In this document: in pieces, positions 20,009 through 35,812 of the stretch
Numbering within the stretch: the stretch's first letter is position 1
Layout of the letters: every line of letters begins with the position of its first letter
Origin: Eledone cirrhosa
Lineage: Eukaryota
Assembly (NCBI GenBank): GCA_964016885.1
Contig: OZ024741.1
Coordinates: forward strand, 66,030,001 to 66,094,000
DNA length: 64,000 nucleotides
Direction of reading: 5' to 3'
The notes under the pieces: generated by a model
Told to the model about the DNA's origin: nothing
What the model saw: only the letters and a program-made list of their open reading frames with translations
Databases searched by the model: none
Translations under genes and position numbers: made by a program

Positions 20009-21874
20009 CAGGCGGGAGGGGAAAATCGATTGAATCGACCCCAGTGCAAGATTGGTACTTTATTTTATTGACCCTATAAAAAATGAAAAGTAAAGCTACC
20101 CTTTACTCGGAATGTAAAGGGCCAAACTCTATGCTGCAAAGCCTGCTGTCTGACGCTCTACTGATACTGTCAATAACAATGATAAAATGAAGTAATGAAG
20201 TTGTTTAACATTGTCATCAGACCAGAAATTAGCTATTGGTATCCTGTAATAATTTACCAGAAAATGTCTAAAAATAGGTTTGTTAATTCAAATGTTTATA
20301 GTATATTTACTTATGAACGGATTATTATGAAAACGTGAAGCATTTGACTAAAGAATTAATATTTATTGATAAGTGAATTAAGTTAAAAAATAATTGTTTC
20401 TACTTTTGGCACAAGGCCAGCAATTACCCAGTGTATTACTGGTACTTTATTTTATCGACCCCGTAAGGATGAAAGGCAAAGTTAAGTTAAAAAATAATGT
20501 TGAATATATCCGGTTGTTAATTTATTACACAATAATAATTAGAAAAATGAGTACACTAAAAATATGATGTGATGGAGGACATTAAGAGTTAATATGAGAA
20601 CAATAGAGTTAATGGAATTAAAGCCTCAGGAGGACTGTTCAGATGTGTCAAAGACAGCTTCCCTAGTGTTGGTGTTATGATGAAAACCACTTAGTAAAGT
20701 ATGGAATTGTATGTAAACAAGTTACAGATCCCTGACCTATGTGAAGGGGTCATTAGCTCCATTTGAATAATGACCTTGTCTACTGATGACCTGTCCAAGC
20801 TTTGCTAGCAGGGGAAGCAGACGTGAAATGATGATGATGATGAATACCAGTATTTAATTGAGACAATTTATCAACCCCAAGAAGGATATGAACTCAGAAT
20901 GTAAAGTGATGTAACCAGCTACTGCACTGAGTTTTGTTTATTGCTCCATCAAGTCCAACTACCAATCACACTTATATTAATGATATCTAGGATAGTCATT
21001 AGGCCAATCAGTGTGGGTGGAAGGGTTTAGACAATTAGATTGCTCCAGAAAAATGTAAGTGGCCCTTATTTTATAGAACATAGACAGCGAATTGATAGAG
21101 TCATTAGAACGTTGGATAGAATACTTTGTGATTCTTGTTCCGGCTCTCTGTGCTTTCACTTCAAATTCCACTAAAGTCAGCTTTGCTTTTCATCCGTTCA
21201 AGGTCAATAAAAGAAGTACCAATTCAGTACTGGGGTTGTTTCTTCCCCTATCTCTCACCTTCTCTATTTCTCATTCCTTCTCTGGAAGAAATCAGCTATG
21301 TTCAAATCTGGAGATGGGATGACATCCAGCAGGTATAGAAAATGTCCAAGACACATCCTAGGTCAGGGTGTGCCTCTATGACTATCAGTAGTAACAGTTA
21401 TTAGTGGGACTCCATTGGTTACGATGACAAGTATTCCTATTAATACAATCAACAGAACAGCCTGCTCATGAAATTAACGTGCAAGTGGCTGAGCATTCCA
21501 CAAACATGCATCCCCTTAACGTAGTTCTCAGGGAAATTCAGCATGATACAGAACGTGACAAGGCTGGTCCTTCAAATTACAGGCACAACTCATTTTTACC
21601 AGATGAGTGGACTGAAGCAACATGAAATAAAGTGTCTTGCTCAAGAACACAGCATGCCGTCAGGAATCGAACTCACGACCTTACAATTGTGAGCTGAATA
21701 TCCTAACCACATGAAGCATGCATACATGAAGCATGCATACATGAAGCATGCATACATGCCTACTTACATCCATACACATACAAACACACATACATACATA
21801 TTTTAACATAAAAGTTTACCAGAACAGAAATATTTTACAGGCATAGCCAACCCACCCCACATAATAAACAAGAT

Positions 21875-22390
21875 AATAAGGGAGCTTCTATATGGTTTTT
21901 CAATCTGGTAGAAACAGCAGCCAAATCCTTTCAAATCACATCCCTATGATCTTAGAAAATGACACATTGGATAATGTAGTCAGTTCTAGGTTCCCTGTAC
22001 ATATGAAGTAGATGGAGTGGTCATTATTGGAATGTCTTTGATCATAATTCTGCTTGATTGATGCTAACTTGGAGCTAAACTTCAAAAATAAAAATGAACT
22101 GTAGGAGCTTGCATGCAGTCGTTAGACCTGTTAGAAATAACAACCAAATCTCCCTCAAATGACACTCTACTATCTTAAACACTACGCCTGAAATATAGGA
22201 TGGTCATGGATGGCATGTCTTTGATTATAAGATTGCTGGATCAGACTAACCTGTGACTAAACAAGAATAACAACAATAGAGGAATTTATACATGGACACT
22301 CTAAATTCTAGAAATAACAGCCAAATCTCCTTCAAATAACAGGTTATCTCTAAAAAAAATACACAAGGAAGAGCACACTACATAACATTT
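21875..22390 (+). repeat. Tandem copies of an old ~200-bp interspersed repeat with (AAC)n tail (also 24190-24600, 14095-14190, 55135-55600 and others)
   Basis: Recurrent TAGAAATAGCAGCCAAATC...GGTCATGGCTGGAATG...GGGCTAAACAACAAC. Confidence 0.65.
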
Positions 22391-22431
22391 AATTATGAGT
22401 TGGAGGTAATAAAGTTAGTGTGTGTATTTAA

Positions 22432-22635
22432 CCCTTTAGCATTTACATTATATATACTACTGTATTTTCGCAGTGAAGGCTTTATCTTATATAATATCTC
22501 ACATAATATTGAATCTATGAGATTTTGATGTTATTTATTTTGAGAACAATACCTTAACATAAGTATGAGCAGCCAGTTAAGGCCAGTTTGAACAGAATGA
22601 AATGAGAGAATTCAGCCGGTCTAAATGCAAAAGGG
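22432..22635 (+). mobile_element. piggyBac-type MITE family 1
   Basis: TTAA|CCCTTTAGCATTTAC...AAAGGG|TTAA. Confidence 0.8.
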
Positions 22636-23713
22636 TTAATTCTGCTCTTTTCTGAAGTTGTTCTTATCATTTTTTGTTTATATATGTCAATAAAAATGTC
22701 TGGGACTAGTGAACAACAACAATATTGGTCTAGTGGTTAGGGTCTGAAAAAGAAGATGAGATGGTCACGGGTGGAATGTCTTTGAACATATATTCGTTGA
22801 ATTAGGATAACTTTTGACTAAACAACAGTAACAACGACAATAACAACAACAGTAACAACAACAATAACAACAGTAACAACAACAATAACAGTAACAACAA
22901 CAATAACAGTAATAAAAATAACAGCTGTTACCTTATAATATTGAAATAAAAAATCTGTAGAACCCATCGCTGTCATTATTATAATGTTAATGAATATTGT
23001 TGGCAAATGTGAGATGTAAAGTCAAGGTTAGAAATAAATAGTGTGTATTGATTGTGAGCAGTAATCCCCTCATAGCATTATAAAGGCTTTAATGGAAGTG
23101 ATGAAGTCTGTATGATTGGTTTGTGTGTGTGTGGAGAGGGGGGTTTGTTTTGTTTTGCTTAAATATCACAGAGGGAAAACAAACACGGAAAAGATAGATA
23201 TAAATATACGTATATCTATGTATATTATACATATAACTATATGGAGGCACATGGCTTAGTGGTTAGAGCATTGGGCTTGCAATCGAAAGGTTATGAGTTC
23301 AATTCTCAGACTGGGTGATGTTTCCTTGAGCAAGACACTTTATTTCACATGTAGAAATGAGCTGATAGGGACTGAGGTCCATATCATTGCACTGCAAAGT
23401 GGTCGTGACACCTATATATATATGTATATATATCAAAAGAGCAACCAGTTCATCATGTAACGTGGTAGTGGCACTGGTTACACGACATGTATCCAGTCCA
23501 TCCTGTAAGATGATCATGCTGGTGACACAATGGAAAACTACCCAGGCAACTACCCTGTAAATTGGTTGTGTTGATGACACAACAAAAAGCACTCAGTCAT
23601 AGAAAACAAGTCAGAAACAGTTCTGTATGAGCAAAACACGATCATCTGATATGTCTTGTCTCACAACTGGACAGCTCGTCTAACCCATGCTAGTGAGGAA
23701 AAATGGATGTTAA

Positions 23714-23932
23714 CCTTTTAGCATTTAAACTGGTTGTATCCGACCAGAATTATCTCACCTCTTTTCGTTCAAACCGGCTGTAACCAGCTGCTCATACTTA
23801 TGTTAAGCTATTGTTCTCAAAATAAATAATATCAAAATCTCATCAATTCAATATTATGTGAGATAATTATGTGACATAATGTTTACCGTGAAAATATAAT
23901 AGTAAATATAGAGTAATGTAAATGCTAAAGGG
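23714..23932 (-). mobile_element. piggyBac-type MITE family 1 nested in a SINE A tail
   Basis: TTAA duplicated; host tail GGATGTTAA|ACAGTGATGATG is restored on removal. Confidence 0.85.
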
Positions 23933-24718
23933 TTAAACAGTGATGATGAGGATAATGATGATGATATATATAAAGTGGTGAGACTAAATCTCAAAACACT
24001 GAGCCTGATGAAAAAGATGGAGAAATGGACAGGAATGCCTTTGATAATAGGTTTTATTTATCAGGGGCTGGTTTTTGATTAAATAATAACAACAATGTTG
24101 GTTGAAGAGGTAACAATAGTAGTGGAGATGGTAAATTCCATGAGCCATTGTATAATAGATTACTACCTCTCCAGGCCATAAGCTAACAAGGAAACCTTTA
24201 TGTAAATACTCAACTTGTTAGAAATAGCAGCCAAATTCTCATAAATCACAGTCTACTAAAAAAGGATACATAATGAAATATTGAATGCATTGTATCCATG
24301 GAAAAGACAGGATAGTTACAGCAAAAATGTCTTTAATATTAAGTTTGCATAATCACGAGTGGTATGGATCTAAACAACAACACCATTGTGGAATGAGCCA
24401 ACAAGAAACTGTTATGTAGTCATTCAACTTGCTAGAAATAGCAGAGAAATGAACCACAAACCTATCCTCATAAAAAGGAAAGTAAACATTGGACAATGAG
24501 CAATCCTAGATATATAAAATGGTATGGTAATGGCTGAAATGCCTGTAATTATGAGACAGCTGGATGAGCGTTGATCTGGAGCTAAATTACTACAACAACT
24601 GCAAGCTCATGCTGTGTGATTATTGCAAAGCAACCTGGCAAAAATCAAACTATTTCAATGTCATAGCAGAAACGTAATGGACCTCCTTCAGTTTCCAAGG
24701 TTGTTTGATCAATGGGAC

Positions 24719-25020
24719 AACTTCTTCTTCTTTGCCTGCTTGTTCTTGAGAGGGTTGTGGGGACAGTCTTCAAACACTCTTTCCAGCGGGTCCTGTCAGA
24801 AGCAACTGACTCCAACTGATCTGGCTGGATCCCAAGTGTGACCAGTCAAGCTCATGGATGTTATCCAACCATCTTGCTTGGACTCTACCCCTGGGTCTCC
24901 TGCCGGTTGGTTTTTGACTGTAAATCTGCTCAGCGATTTTTTCCTGAGACATTCTAACTACATGACCATATTATTGGAGATATGATCTCTCAATTCAGAG
25001 AAGTAGTGGCTCTACCATGG
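24719..25020 (-). mobile_element. 3' end of Expander-like RTE LINE (related fragment at 35170-35322)
   Basis: GRRPRGRVQARWLDNI motif; (GAA)n tail. Confidence 0.7.
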
Positions 25021-26089
25021 AATTGTTCATGAAATTAATGTGTAGGTAACTAAGCATTTCACAGACACATGTACATGATTTAGTACGGAAGGGACCTCAA
25101 ACGATTTCCATAAATGTGTTCCAGTTATTCAATCTACTGGACAACTTGGTCATGAAATTAACATGTAAGTGGCTGAGCATTCTGCAGACACATGTACCTA
25201 TAACATAATTCTCAGGGAGATTCAGTGTAACCCCATACATGATAAGGCTGGCCCATTGAATTATAAGTATAGTCCATCCGACAGGCCTCAAAACAGATTT
25301 TATCTATCAGACTGAATTCACAAGGCATGGGTTGACTTGAGGCTATGGTAAATGACAAGATGCAAAATAGTGGGTTTGAACCTGAGACTTAATGATTGCA
25401 AAGTAAACTTCTTAATCATTTGGCCAAGCTATGTCTATTACTATAAATGAACTGAATTTAGGAAGGAACATGACATGTAGTGAGATGCTGTGCGGAAACA
25501 TGACATGTAGTGAGATGCAAGTGTGGAAAAACACACAAAAAAAATGATGATGATGACGATGACAATAACAATGACGATGACGACGAGGATGAAACTAATA
25601 AGATACTGATTAATTACATAGTACTTGCCACTGTATATAACAGTGAATTGTTCTCATCCATGGTACCTATATACAGCTAAATAGATTGTGGCATTGGAAA
25701 GTTAACCACCTCAACTATGCACAAAATGTAATATTGCTGATGGTATTTGAACCTGCCACCCTGACTTCTCAGATGGTAGCCTGGTATTGTATTCAACTCA
25801 ACCATCCAAAACTGATAAAATGACAATAAAACAAACTAAAAATCTCTAACTATAATCAAATTTGCTAAACCCAGCCTACCTGTACTAGCTTTTAACACCA
25901 ACCCTAACCAGAAAAAAAAGGAAATTGCCACTAAAAAGAAATTAAAAAAAAAAGAAAAAGAATATTTGTTTTGGAAGAGAAGGAAATTGATCTTTGTGTC
26001 TTGTGTGGTTTACACACCACCACACATGACTACTTCAGTTAGGAATATATTATAAACTTACTTAAATCTTAGGAAAAAAAATGTTTTTA

Positions 26090-26725
26090 TCACCACCACC
26101 ATGACTACTACTACTACCACCATCACCACCACCACCACGACTACTACTACTACCACCATCACCATCACTACTACTACTATCACTGCCACCACGACTACTA
26201 CCACCACCACCACCATCACTACTAATACCACCACCACCATCACTACTACTACCACCACCCACAACTACTACTACTACCACCATCACCACCACCACCACGA
26301 CTACTACTACTACCACCATCACCACCACCACCATCACTACTACTACTATCACTGCCACCACGACTACTACCACCACCACCACCATCACTACTACTACCAC
26401 CACCACCACAACTACTACTACTACCACCATCACTACTACTACTACTATCACCGCCACCATGACTACTACCACCATCACCACCACCACCATCACTACTACT
26501 ACTACTATCACCACCACCACGACTACTACCACCATCACCACTACTACTACTACTATTCACCAGCACCACAACCACTACTGCTACCAACCACCATCACTAC
26601 TACTGCTACTTCCTCTACAACCACCACCACCAACAACAACAACAACACTACCACTATCACCACTACCATCACTACTACTGCCACCACTAACACTATTATG
26701 AACATCATCATCACCACCACCACTA
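26090..26725. repeat. Complex (ACC/ACT/ATC)n trinucleotide satellite
   Basis: Direct inspection; ORFs in several frames are low-complexity. Confidence 0.95.
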
Positions 26726-29009
26726 AAATTATTAATAGAACCCCATTAGCTTTTTCAGATCTTCATCCTAATTGGAATCATTCTTCTGGAAGAAATGTTT
26801 ATATTTTATCTTTTATGTTTTATATAACCCCCTCACCACCACCCAACTCTACCTCACCCCATGCCACATTTATGAAAATCCTTTTCTCTATAACATATGT
26901 ATGGGCTTTTGTCAGTCGCTCTTTTTCCCTTCTTTAACATATTACTTAATATATTTGATAATTTCTTTTGCTTCTCCTTCCGTTCCAACAAAGCCACTCA
27001 CAAGAAATGTTTAATATATAAACGAAGTGAAATAAAAGACCGATATATTTCGACATTTTCCCAAAGATATTAGCAATGTAATGGAAGGGAAATAGCATTA
27101 ATTGAACAGGGCAAAACCATGGTTAAAAACAGGGATAGCCCTTCCTAACACAAACCACATTTACAGTGTGTGCTGGGTGCTTTTTGACGTGTCTCCTAAA
27201 CAACTACTTTATATTGTGGGCTGGGTGCTTTTTTGCTTTGTCGTGACTTTGTGGTGCTTATCCCAGTTTCCACGGCATGAAGTGACTGAGAGTACAAGAC
27301 TCCCTTCCTGGACAGGAAGCCAGTCCATCGCAGTTGCTGGTATTCATTTTCTGCGATGTGACATTCAGCAATGTGAAATGAAGTGTTTTGCTCAAGAACA
27401 CAACATAGAACCCACAACATTATAATCGTAAGTCCAGCAGCCTTACCACTGAGCCACGTGCCACCAAGGTCAACATCGTCTTTTATCTTTCTGGTGGCGA
27501 ACCAATAAATAAAGTACCAGTTTAAGACAATGGATTGGTGAAATTGTTTGAGCTTGGACAGGATGTTATTTGTTACAGTTCTTTGTGTTCTGAGTTCAAA
27601 TCTTATCAAAGTCAACATGTCGTTTTGGTACTAATAAATAAAGTACCAGTCTAAAGCAGTTGACTAGTGGAATTGTTAGAGCAGGGACAGGCTGCTTTGC
27701 AAGATTTGTTTTGGCTGTTTGTCTTCTGACTTCTAATTCTGCCATGATCAACTAGCCCTCAGGGAAGGGATGTCAGTCTCTACATGTACATGTGTGTAGT
27801 TAACCATGCATAGTATTAGAGTGATCCATGGGATTTAATCCTTTTTAAACCAACCTGCCCAAACCCAGATCTGGTTCTATGAAACAAAACCACCCATTTA
27901 AAAATGTTTCTATTTAAATTAAAATATTTCAATATAATATATAAAAACCGATTGGTAAATTATTATCTCATCAAAATGATAATCTTAGTAAATCCCTCAA
28001 AATTCCTCATTCATTAATATTAATGTTAAATATATGATGGTCTCCCTTGAATTTCTGATATTGTGTGGAAGAGGAGGCTGAGATTTGCAGACCATTACCA
28101 TCGTGCCTCAAATGAAGCTATTTATCTTTTAGTGCTTTAGAAACCAACATCTGTCAAAAGCTACAGAAGTCACAAGCTCTCTTATCTAGATGTTATAGAC
28201 AGAGATTCTGGTTTTGATTGATCTAGGCAATGCTATGAGTGACAGACCTAAAAGGAGATCTACTACTGAGTCAAATTCAGCTGAAACTGCAGGATGATGA
28301 TGATGATGAACTAAAATACAGTGTATTTCATTAAAAATATGGTCACAAAAGGGTTAACCTGCTAAGAGCAGATTATAACTGATGATGCCAATGAGTGGTA
28401 GTATAGTTATTGTTACTATTTGATTGTCAAGAATTTACTGATCAAACTCAATCATACCTCGAGCCCACAGATGTGTAGTATTTTTCCTTTAACATTTCTA
28501 CTCCTGCTAGGTTTGCTTTAAAATCATGCAGTTCTGAGTTCAGTCTCACTGCATGGCATCTTTCATGGATTCTTAAAACTATGAAGATGTTAAGAGGGTG
28601 GTAGATAATCTAATCAAATTGGTAGAATCTACCATTGAAGAACTACAATAGGTTCCTAAGCAATGTGAACAAAAATAGAAGTATTTTCAAGGTGGCTCCT
28701 TTTCCCCTATTGTTCCAAAAGTGCCAAGTCCACACTGTAAAGTGGTCGTGTAGGTGTCATGACAAAAAGCACCCAACACACACTGAAAATGTGGTTGATG
28801 TTAGGAAGGGCATCGAGCCAAAATCAGTTCTGTCTGAGCAAAACACGGTCCTCCGACCTGATCTCTCACAAAGGGACAACCCGTCCTACCCATGCCAGGA
28901 TGAAAATGGACATTAAATAATGATAATGATGATGATCCTCCTCTTCCTATGATAACACCATTAGTACTGACCAAAGTGAGGATAAAGTATATGTTGGCGA
29001 AAGATGCTT

Positions 29010-29262
29010 CTAACCAATCTTTATACTAGCTGGTGTTTATGGATGATTTATAACTGTTTTCAAAGTTTCAAACAGAGTCACTCGTACAGACAGATCAGAG
29101 GTGCAGCCAAGACAAACACATGGGACTTGGCATTGCAAAATGCGCAGATGTCAATGTAAAAAGGTTGGTAAGTCCCTTGTAACTGGTATCAAATATCTAG
29201 GAATCCTAGAGATTGATGAGACATTGCCTGGACCAATGAAAGACGATGTCAGAAAAGAAAAA
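29010..29262 (+). mobile_element. Highly degraded R4/Dong-like non-LTR retrotransposon RT fragment
   Basis: VFMDDL*LFSK and KYLGILEIDE..PMKDDVRKE resemble the HLLYMDDLKL and YKYLGILE motifs of this clade. Confidence 0.55.
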
Positions 29263-29292
29263 TATATATCTATATAGGCTAAAACTTCTTAA

Positions 29293-29503
29293 CCCTTTAG
29301 TATTTATACTATTCTATATTTACTATTATATTTTCATGGTAACAGCTTTACCTCACATAATTATCTCACATAATATCGAAGCTACGAAATTTTGATGTTA
29401 TTTATTTTGAGAACAATACCTTAACATTGGTATGAGTGGCCGATTACGGGTGGTTTGAACAGTAGAATTCTGGCTGGATATGGCCGGTTTAAATACTAAA
29501 CGG
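29293..29503 (+). mobile_element. piggyBac-type MITE family 1
   Basis: TTAA flanks, CCCTTTAG terminus. Confidence 0.8.
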
Positions 29504-30584
29504 TTAAGTCCAAACTATCTTCCTTGTTGAATACATGCTTTATCTGACTTTACCTCTTTTAGGACTTTCTCCACCTGAACAACTGTGGCAGGTTCAGCTT
29601 TCCAGCATTTCTTTTTTGGTGACAATGTCTAGAAAAAGATTGCTGTTGTTTTTCATTGTTTTTGCTTTTGTCTTTATCACTGCTGTTATTGTTGTCATCA
29701 TTGTTTTTGTTGTTTGTGTTGTTGTTGTTGTGGTAGTGGTGGTGGTGGAGGCATTCCTAGTGATGAACTTTGGCAGTTGTGGAAAATTAAATTCATTACC
29801 TGCCTCACGACACCTTTGGTTTGGGGAATTGTTGGCACTGCTACCATTGCCACTTCTGCAGCTGTAATTGCTATTGTTGTTGCTGCTGCTGCTATTGTTG
29901 TTGTTGTTGTTGTTGTTACTGTTGTTGTTGCTGTTGCTATTATTGTTGTTGTTGCTGTTGTTGTTGTTGCTGCTGCTGCTGTTGCACATATTTCTCTCGG
30001 GCACAGCCCACATCTGTCACTTCACATACACTCACACACAGACACACACCAAAGACTCTGCCTTGTTTACATCTTCATCGTGCTGTTGTTGTTGTTGTCA
30101 TCATTGTTATTTATGTCACTGTTGTTAACAACAGTGACACTTTCCATACTGAAAACCATATAATTCAACAATATATTGTTTTGCTGTTTTGTTTTCAGCT
30201 CTATTGAAGAAACACTGTCTTTCTTCACTATCTCCACCATCTCCACCATAGATGTTGACAGGGACTCTCTCTCCCCCTCTCTCTCTCTCTCTCTCTATGA
30301 GTTGTATTTCTTCTGGTGTCCCTTCTCGCCAGTGTCCATGTTATCATCTTTATTTTTAAAAAAAATTTTGAAAAGTAAAAACTGTCGACAGCACCCCCAC
30401 CCCCATCGCCGGAGGGGTGTCATATCAGAGGGACAGTCTCACCTGTGACAAGCAGGTCAGCCTCTCCAAACCTTTGTCAAGTTTAAAACTCAAGCAAAAG
30501 ATTAGAGAGGTAAAAATAAAAATAAAAAAACAATTGAAACTTTCCAGAGCCAATGTGAAGCATGGCTTCCACCTCAGTAGTCAA

Positions 30585-31125
30585 TAATAATGGTTTCTTA
30601 TATAGGCACAAGGCCAGCAATTTGGGGGAGGGGAAGTCGATTAAATTGACTCCAGTGCGTGACTGGTACTTTATTTTATCGAACCCGTAAGGATGAAAGA
30701 CAAAGTTAACCTCAGCGGCATTTGAACTCAAATCATAAAGGGCCGTAACTCTATGCTGCAAAGCATGGCGTCTGACCCTCTACCGATACTGCCAATCCAC
30801 CGCCCTTCAGTAGTCAATAATAATTGTTTCTACTTTTGGCACAAGGCCAGCAATTATCCAGTGCATTACTGGTACTTTATTTTATCGACCCCGTAAGGAT
30901 GAAAGGCAAAGTCAACCTCGGCGGGATTTGAACTCAGATCGTAAAGGGACGTAACTATGCTGGAAAGCATGGCATCTGACCCTCTACCGATACTGCCAAT
31001 CCAAATAATAATAACTAGAAGTTAAGGTCTGAACTCAGACTGTAAGGGGGCGTAACTCTGTACTGAAAAGCATGGCATCCGACCCTCTACTGATACTGCC
31101 AATCTACCGCCTTTAATAATAATAA
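30585..31125 (-). mobile_element. Tandem cluster of three SINE family B copies
   Basis: Head-to-tail repeats of the family B consensus separated by (AAT)n. Confidence 0.85.
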
Positions 31126-31319
31126 TGATGTCGATGATAATGGTGACGATGATGATGGTGACGATGATGATGGAGACGATGATGATACAATATTGATAGG
31201 TCAATTCACATACACAGACACACTTCCACACGGTTTCTAATCAGTTAACATGGCAACTGACATTTCGATGGCTGCTAAGAATCAGCTCTGTTTCTCAAGA
31301 CAAGATAAAGACATCAACT

Positions 31320-32580
<1,261 letters not shown>

Positions 32581-34380
32581 AATCAGTAAAAATAACTAAT
32601 TCAGTTAATAAATGCTATCAGAAAATATCATATCACATGTTGAATGTAAATGTGTATATGTGTATACCTGTGTAGTTCAATGTGTGTGTGTGTGTGTGTT
32701 TCTATGAGAATGCCTGCTTCTTCTGTGTATATGTGTATCTGTGTGTGTTAGTGTACATGTGTACACCTGTAGTTAGGTGTATACCTGTGTGTGTGTGTGT
32801 GTATTTCCACGAGAATGCCTGCTTCTTCTGTGTGTGTGTGTGTGTTAGTGTACACCTGTACAGTTAGGTATATACCTGTGTGTGTGTATATATTTCCATG
32901 AGAATGCTTGCATCCTCTATGTGTACCTATGTGTGTGTGTGTTAGAGTATGTGCCTTTGCCTGTTTCCACGAGTATGTGTACTTCTGTGTGTGCGTGTGT
33001 TCGTGTCTGCTAGTGCACATGCCTTTGTGTGTGTTGCGTGCACATATTTGTATGTGTTTGTGTGCATGTGTATGTTGCCATCAGTATGAGTGTTTCTTCT
33101 GTGTATAATAATAATAATAATAATGAAATTATTGTGTACAGTGCTCAGGTGCACTACAACTCATCAAAGGTGCATGTATAGTACATAGAACAATGTACAA
33201 ATGTCAGGAAAATGAACAGTGTATGAGTCATGATATAATAACAATAACAATAATGAAATATTGTGTACAGTGCCCAGGTGCACCACAACTCATCAAAAAA
33301 GTGCATGTACAGTACATAGGGCAATGCACAAACATCATATGTGTGTATCTACGTGTGTGTGTATGTGTGTATGTTACTGTGTGCATGTTAATGTTTGTGT
33401 TAGTGTGCATGTGTGTGTGTGTTAGTGTGCGTCTTTCTATGAGTATATGTGTTTCTAAGTATACGTGTGTATATGTGTATATCTACATGTAAAAGTGCAT
33501 GTCATTCTCTAAGTATGTGTTTCTGTGAGTGTTTGTTTCCAAATGAGTGTATATATGTTCCCATGTGCTTGTGTGTATATAAATGTATTTGTGTGGGAAT
33601 TTCCATATATTAGTGTTTGTGTGTGTGTGTGTGTTTATATTTCCACTTCAATGTGTATATGTATACTTATATATGTTAGTGTTTACATGTGTATGTATGT
33701 GTATGTGTGGCCTCCGGATATAACGAGAATAAAGATAGGCAAAGGACAAGGTGTGTGTGTGTCTGTGTGTGTGTGTGAGAGAGAGAGAGAATAATGAAAA
33801 TTGCTAGTAATAAGAAGAGACAAGGGAGGTAACTGTGACAAATATAATTGTAAAAACTATCTTACTGGAGTGGATTCAATGTAAATGAGGGAGGAAGAGA
33901 AAACTTGTGTGGAGAAGAGAAAAAAAACTAATGTTAGTGGTAGAGATAGTGAGTGAGAGATAGAGAGATAGAGAGATAAGTGAGAGAGAGAATTAGCGTG
34001 GTGTAAGAGAACGAGAAAGAACTTGTGTGAAGTGAGAGAGATAGTACTAGTAGAGAGAGAAAACTATTGTGGAGAGAAAGAAAAAGAGAGAGAGATAGGA
34101 CTAGTGTGAAGTGAGAGAGAGAATCAATGTGAAGTGAGAGAGAGTGAGTGAGAGAGAGTTAGAGAGAGAATCAGTGAAGTGAGAGAGAGAGAGAGAGAGG
34201 GATCTTGTGTTAAAGATTGAGAGCAAGAGAAAAAGAGAATTATTGAGAAAAAGAAAGGTACTAAAGCTAACACCAAAGGAACATGTTGGGGCCTAACACA
34301 AGAAGTGCGTGTGTGTAGGGGGGCTCTAGATGGACCTGCCCCGCCGCCTACTTTTCAATGGTGCATCCCCAGATTTAGAG

Positions 34381-34436
<56 letters not shown>

Positions 34437-35592
34437 GCATTCTAAAATACATTCCTTGCGTAAGAGTGCCCACCTAAAATACACTGAAGGCTTCCACCCC
34501 CAATCCAGTGAGGACCAAAGCTTGGTGACATGCCTGCGTGTTGTTGTTGTTTAAACTCAGGTCAGTCCTAATTGAGCCAAACTATGGTCAAAGATGTTCC
34601 AGCCATGAGCATTCAGTGTTTTGTCTTCAAAAGAACTTCATGCAGAACTGTCTGGGAGGAACAATTGACTGAACATAGTGAGTTTCAATGTCAATGACAA
34701 CCACAACAGTATGTGGTGGATTAAGGCTGAAGAGACTGAGTGGCTGTGAAAATCTAATTTCAGTATCTAGCATAACAAATATTGTATTCAACTGAATGAG
34801 AGGTAAGTTGACAAGTATAGATGGTCTTACTTGCAAAATTTATTGTAGCATACTAAACTTGGATGTCCTGCTTTTAGCAAAATTCTATCAGAACTAACAA
34901 TAGACTGGAAACATTCTTATTTGTGTGAAATAAGGAATGGAGGAATGATAGGGCTACTGAAAAGGACTTGAACAAGAGGGGGTTACAGAAAATTGTAGGC
35001 CCAGAAATCTGCTGATCATTGACTTTACTCTTTTATGACCCTATTTCTAACAAGTATATACTGCCTTTTTGTTTTAATTATCAAAAATAATCCTTGCCCT
35101 TTCCCTCCTTTCCTCTCATTTTTAGCATTTATAGTCTTTTCTAATGCTACTTTCTTTTTTTATATCTTCTTCTCCTTCTTCTTCGCCCACTTATTCCTGA
35201 AAGGAGCAGAGTTCTCAAACACTCCTTTCAGTGGGTCCGGTCAGAAGCAACCGTCTCCAATTGATTCGGCTGGATCCCCAAGTGAGACCAGCCAGGCTCA
35301 TGGATGTTATCCAACCATCTGCTTTTTTTTATATGTTTGATTGAATATTAAATTCTTTATTATTTTTATGCGATTTTATCCTACAAATAAAGATCGTTCA
35401 TAAAAAAGAAAAGACAAATCAACAATTAAGAGATGTTTAGTGAAATAACTAACTTTCAATTTTATAAAAGTCAAATACCTAAGGACTGAAATCAAATATT
35501 ATTATCTAGTATGCAATAAAGAGATTTCAGACTAGTTTTAATATAAATATGGATTCTTTACTACAGGTGGTTTGGGACAGATTGGTGTTTAA

Positions 35593-35812
35593 CCCTTTAG
35601 CATTCACATTACTCTATATATACTATTATATTTTCATGGTAAAGGCTTTATCTCACATAATTATCTCACATAACATCGAATCTATGAGATTTTGAAAGTA
35701 TTTATTTTGAGAACAATACCGTAACATCAGTTTGAGTGACCAGTTACAGTCAGTTTCAACAGAAAAAGGTAGAGAATTCTGGCCGGTTTTGGTCGGTTTG
35801 AACATTAAAGGG
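35593..35812 (+). mobile_element. piggyBac-type MITE family 1
   Basis: TTAA|CCCTTTAG...TAAAGGG|TTAA. Confidence 0.8.

Noticed and set aside
26058-26937. His/Tyr-, Thr-, Val- and Gly/Ser-rich ORFs
   Set aside because: Open in several frames on both strands because of a trinucleotide satellite.
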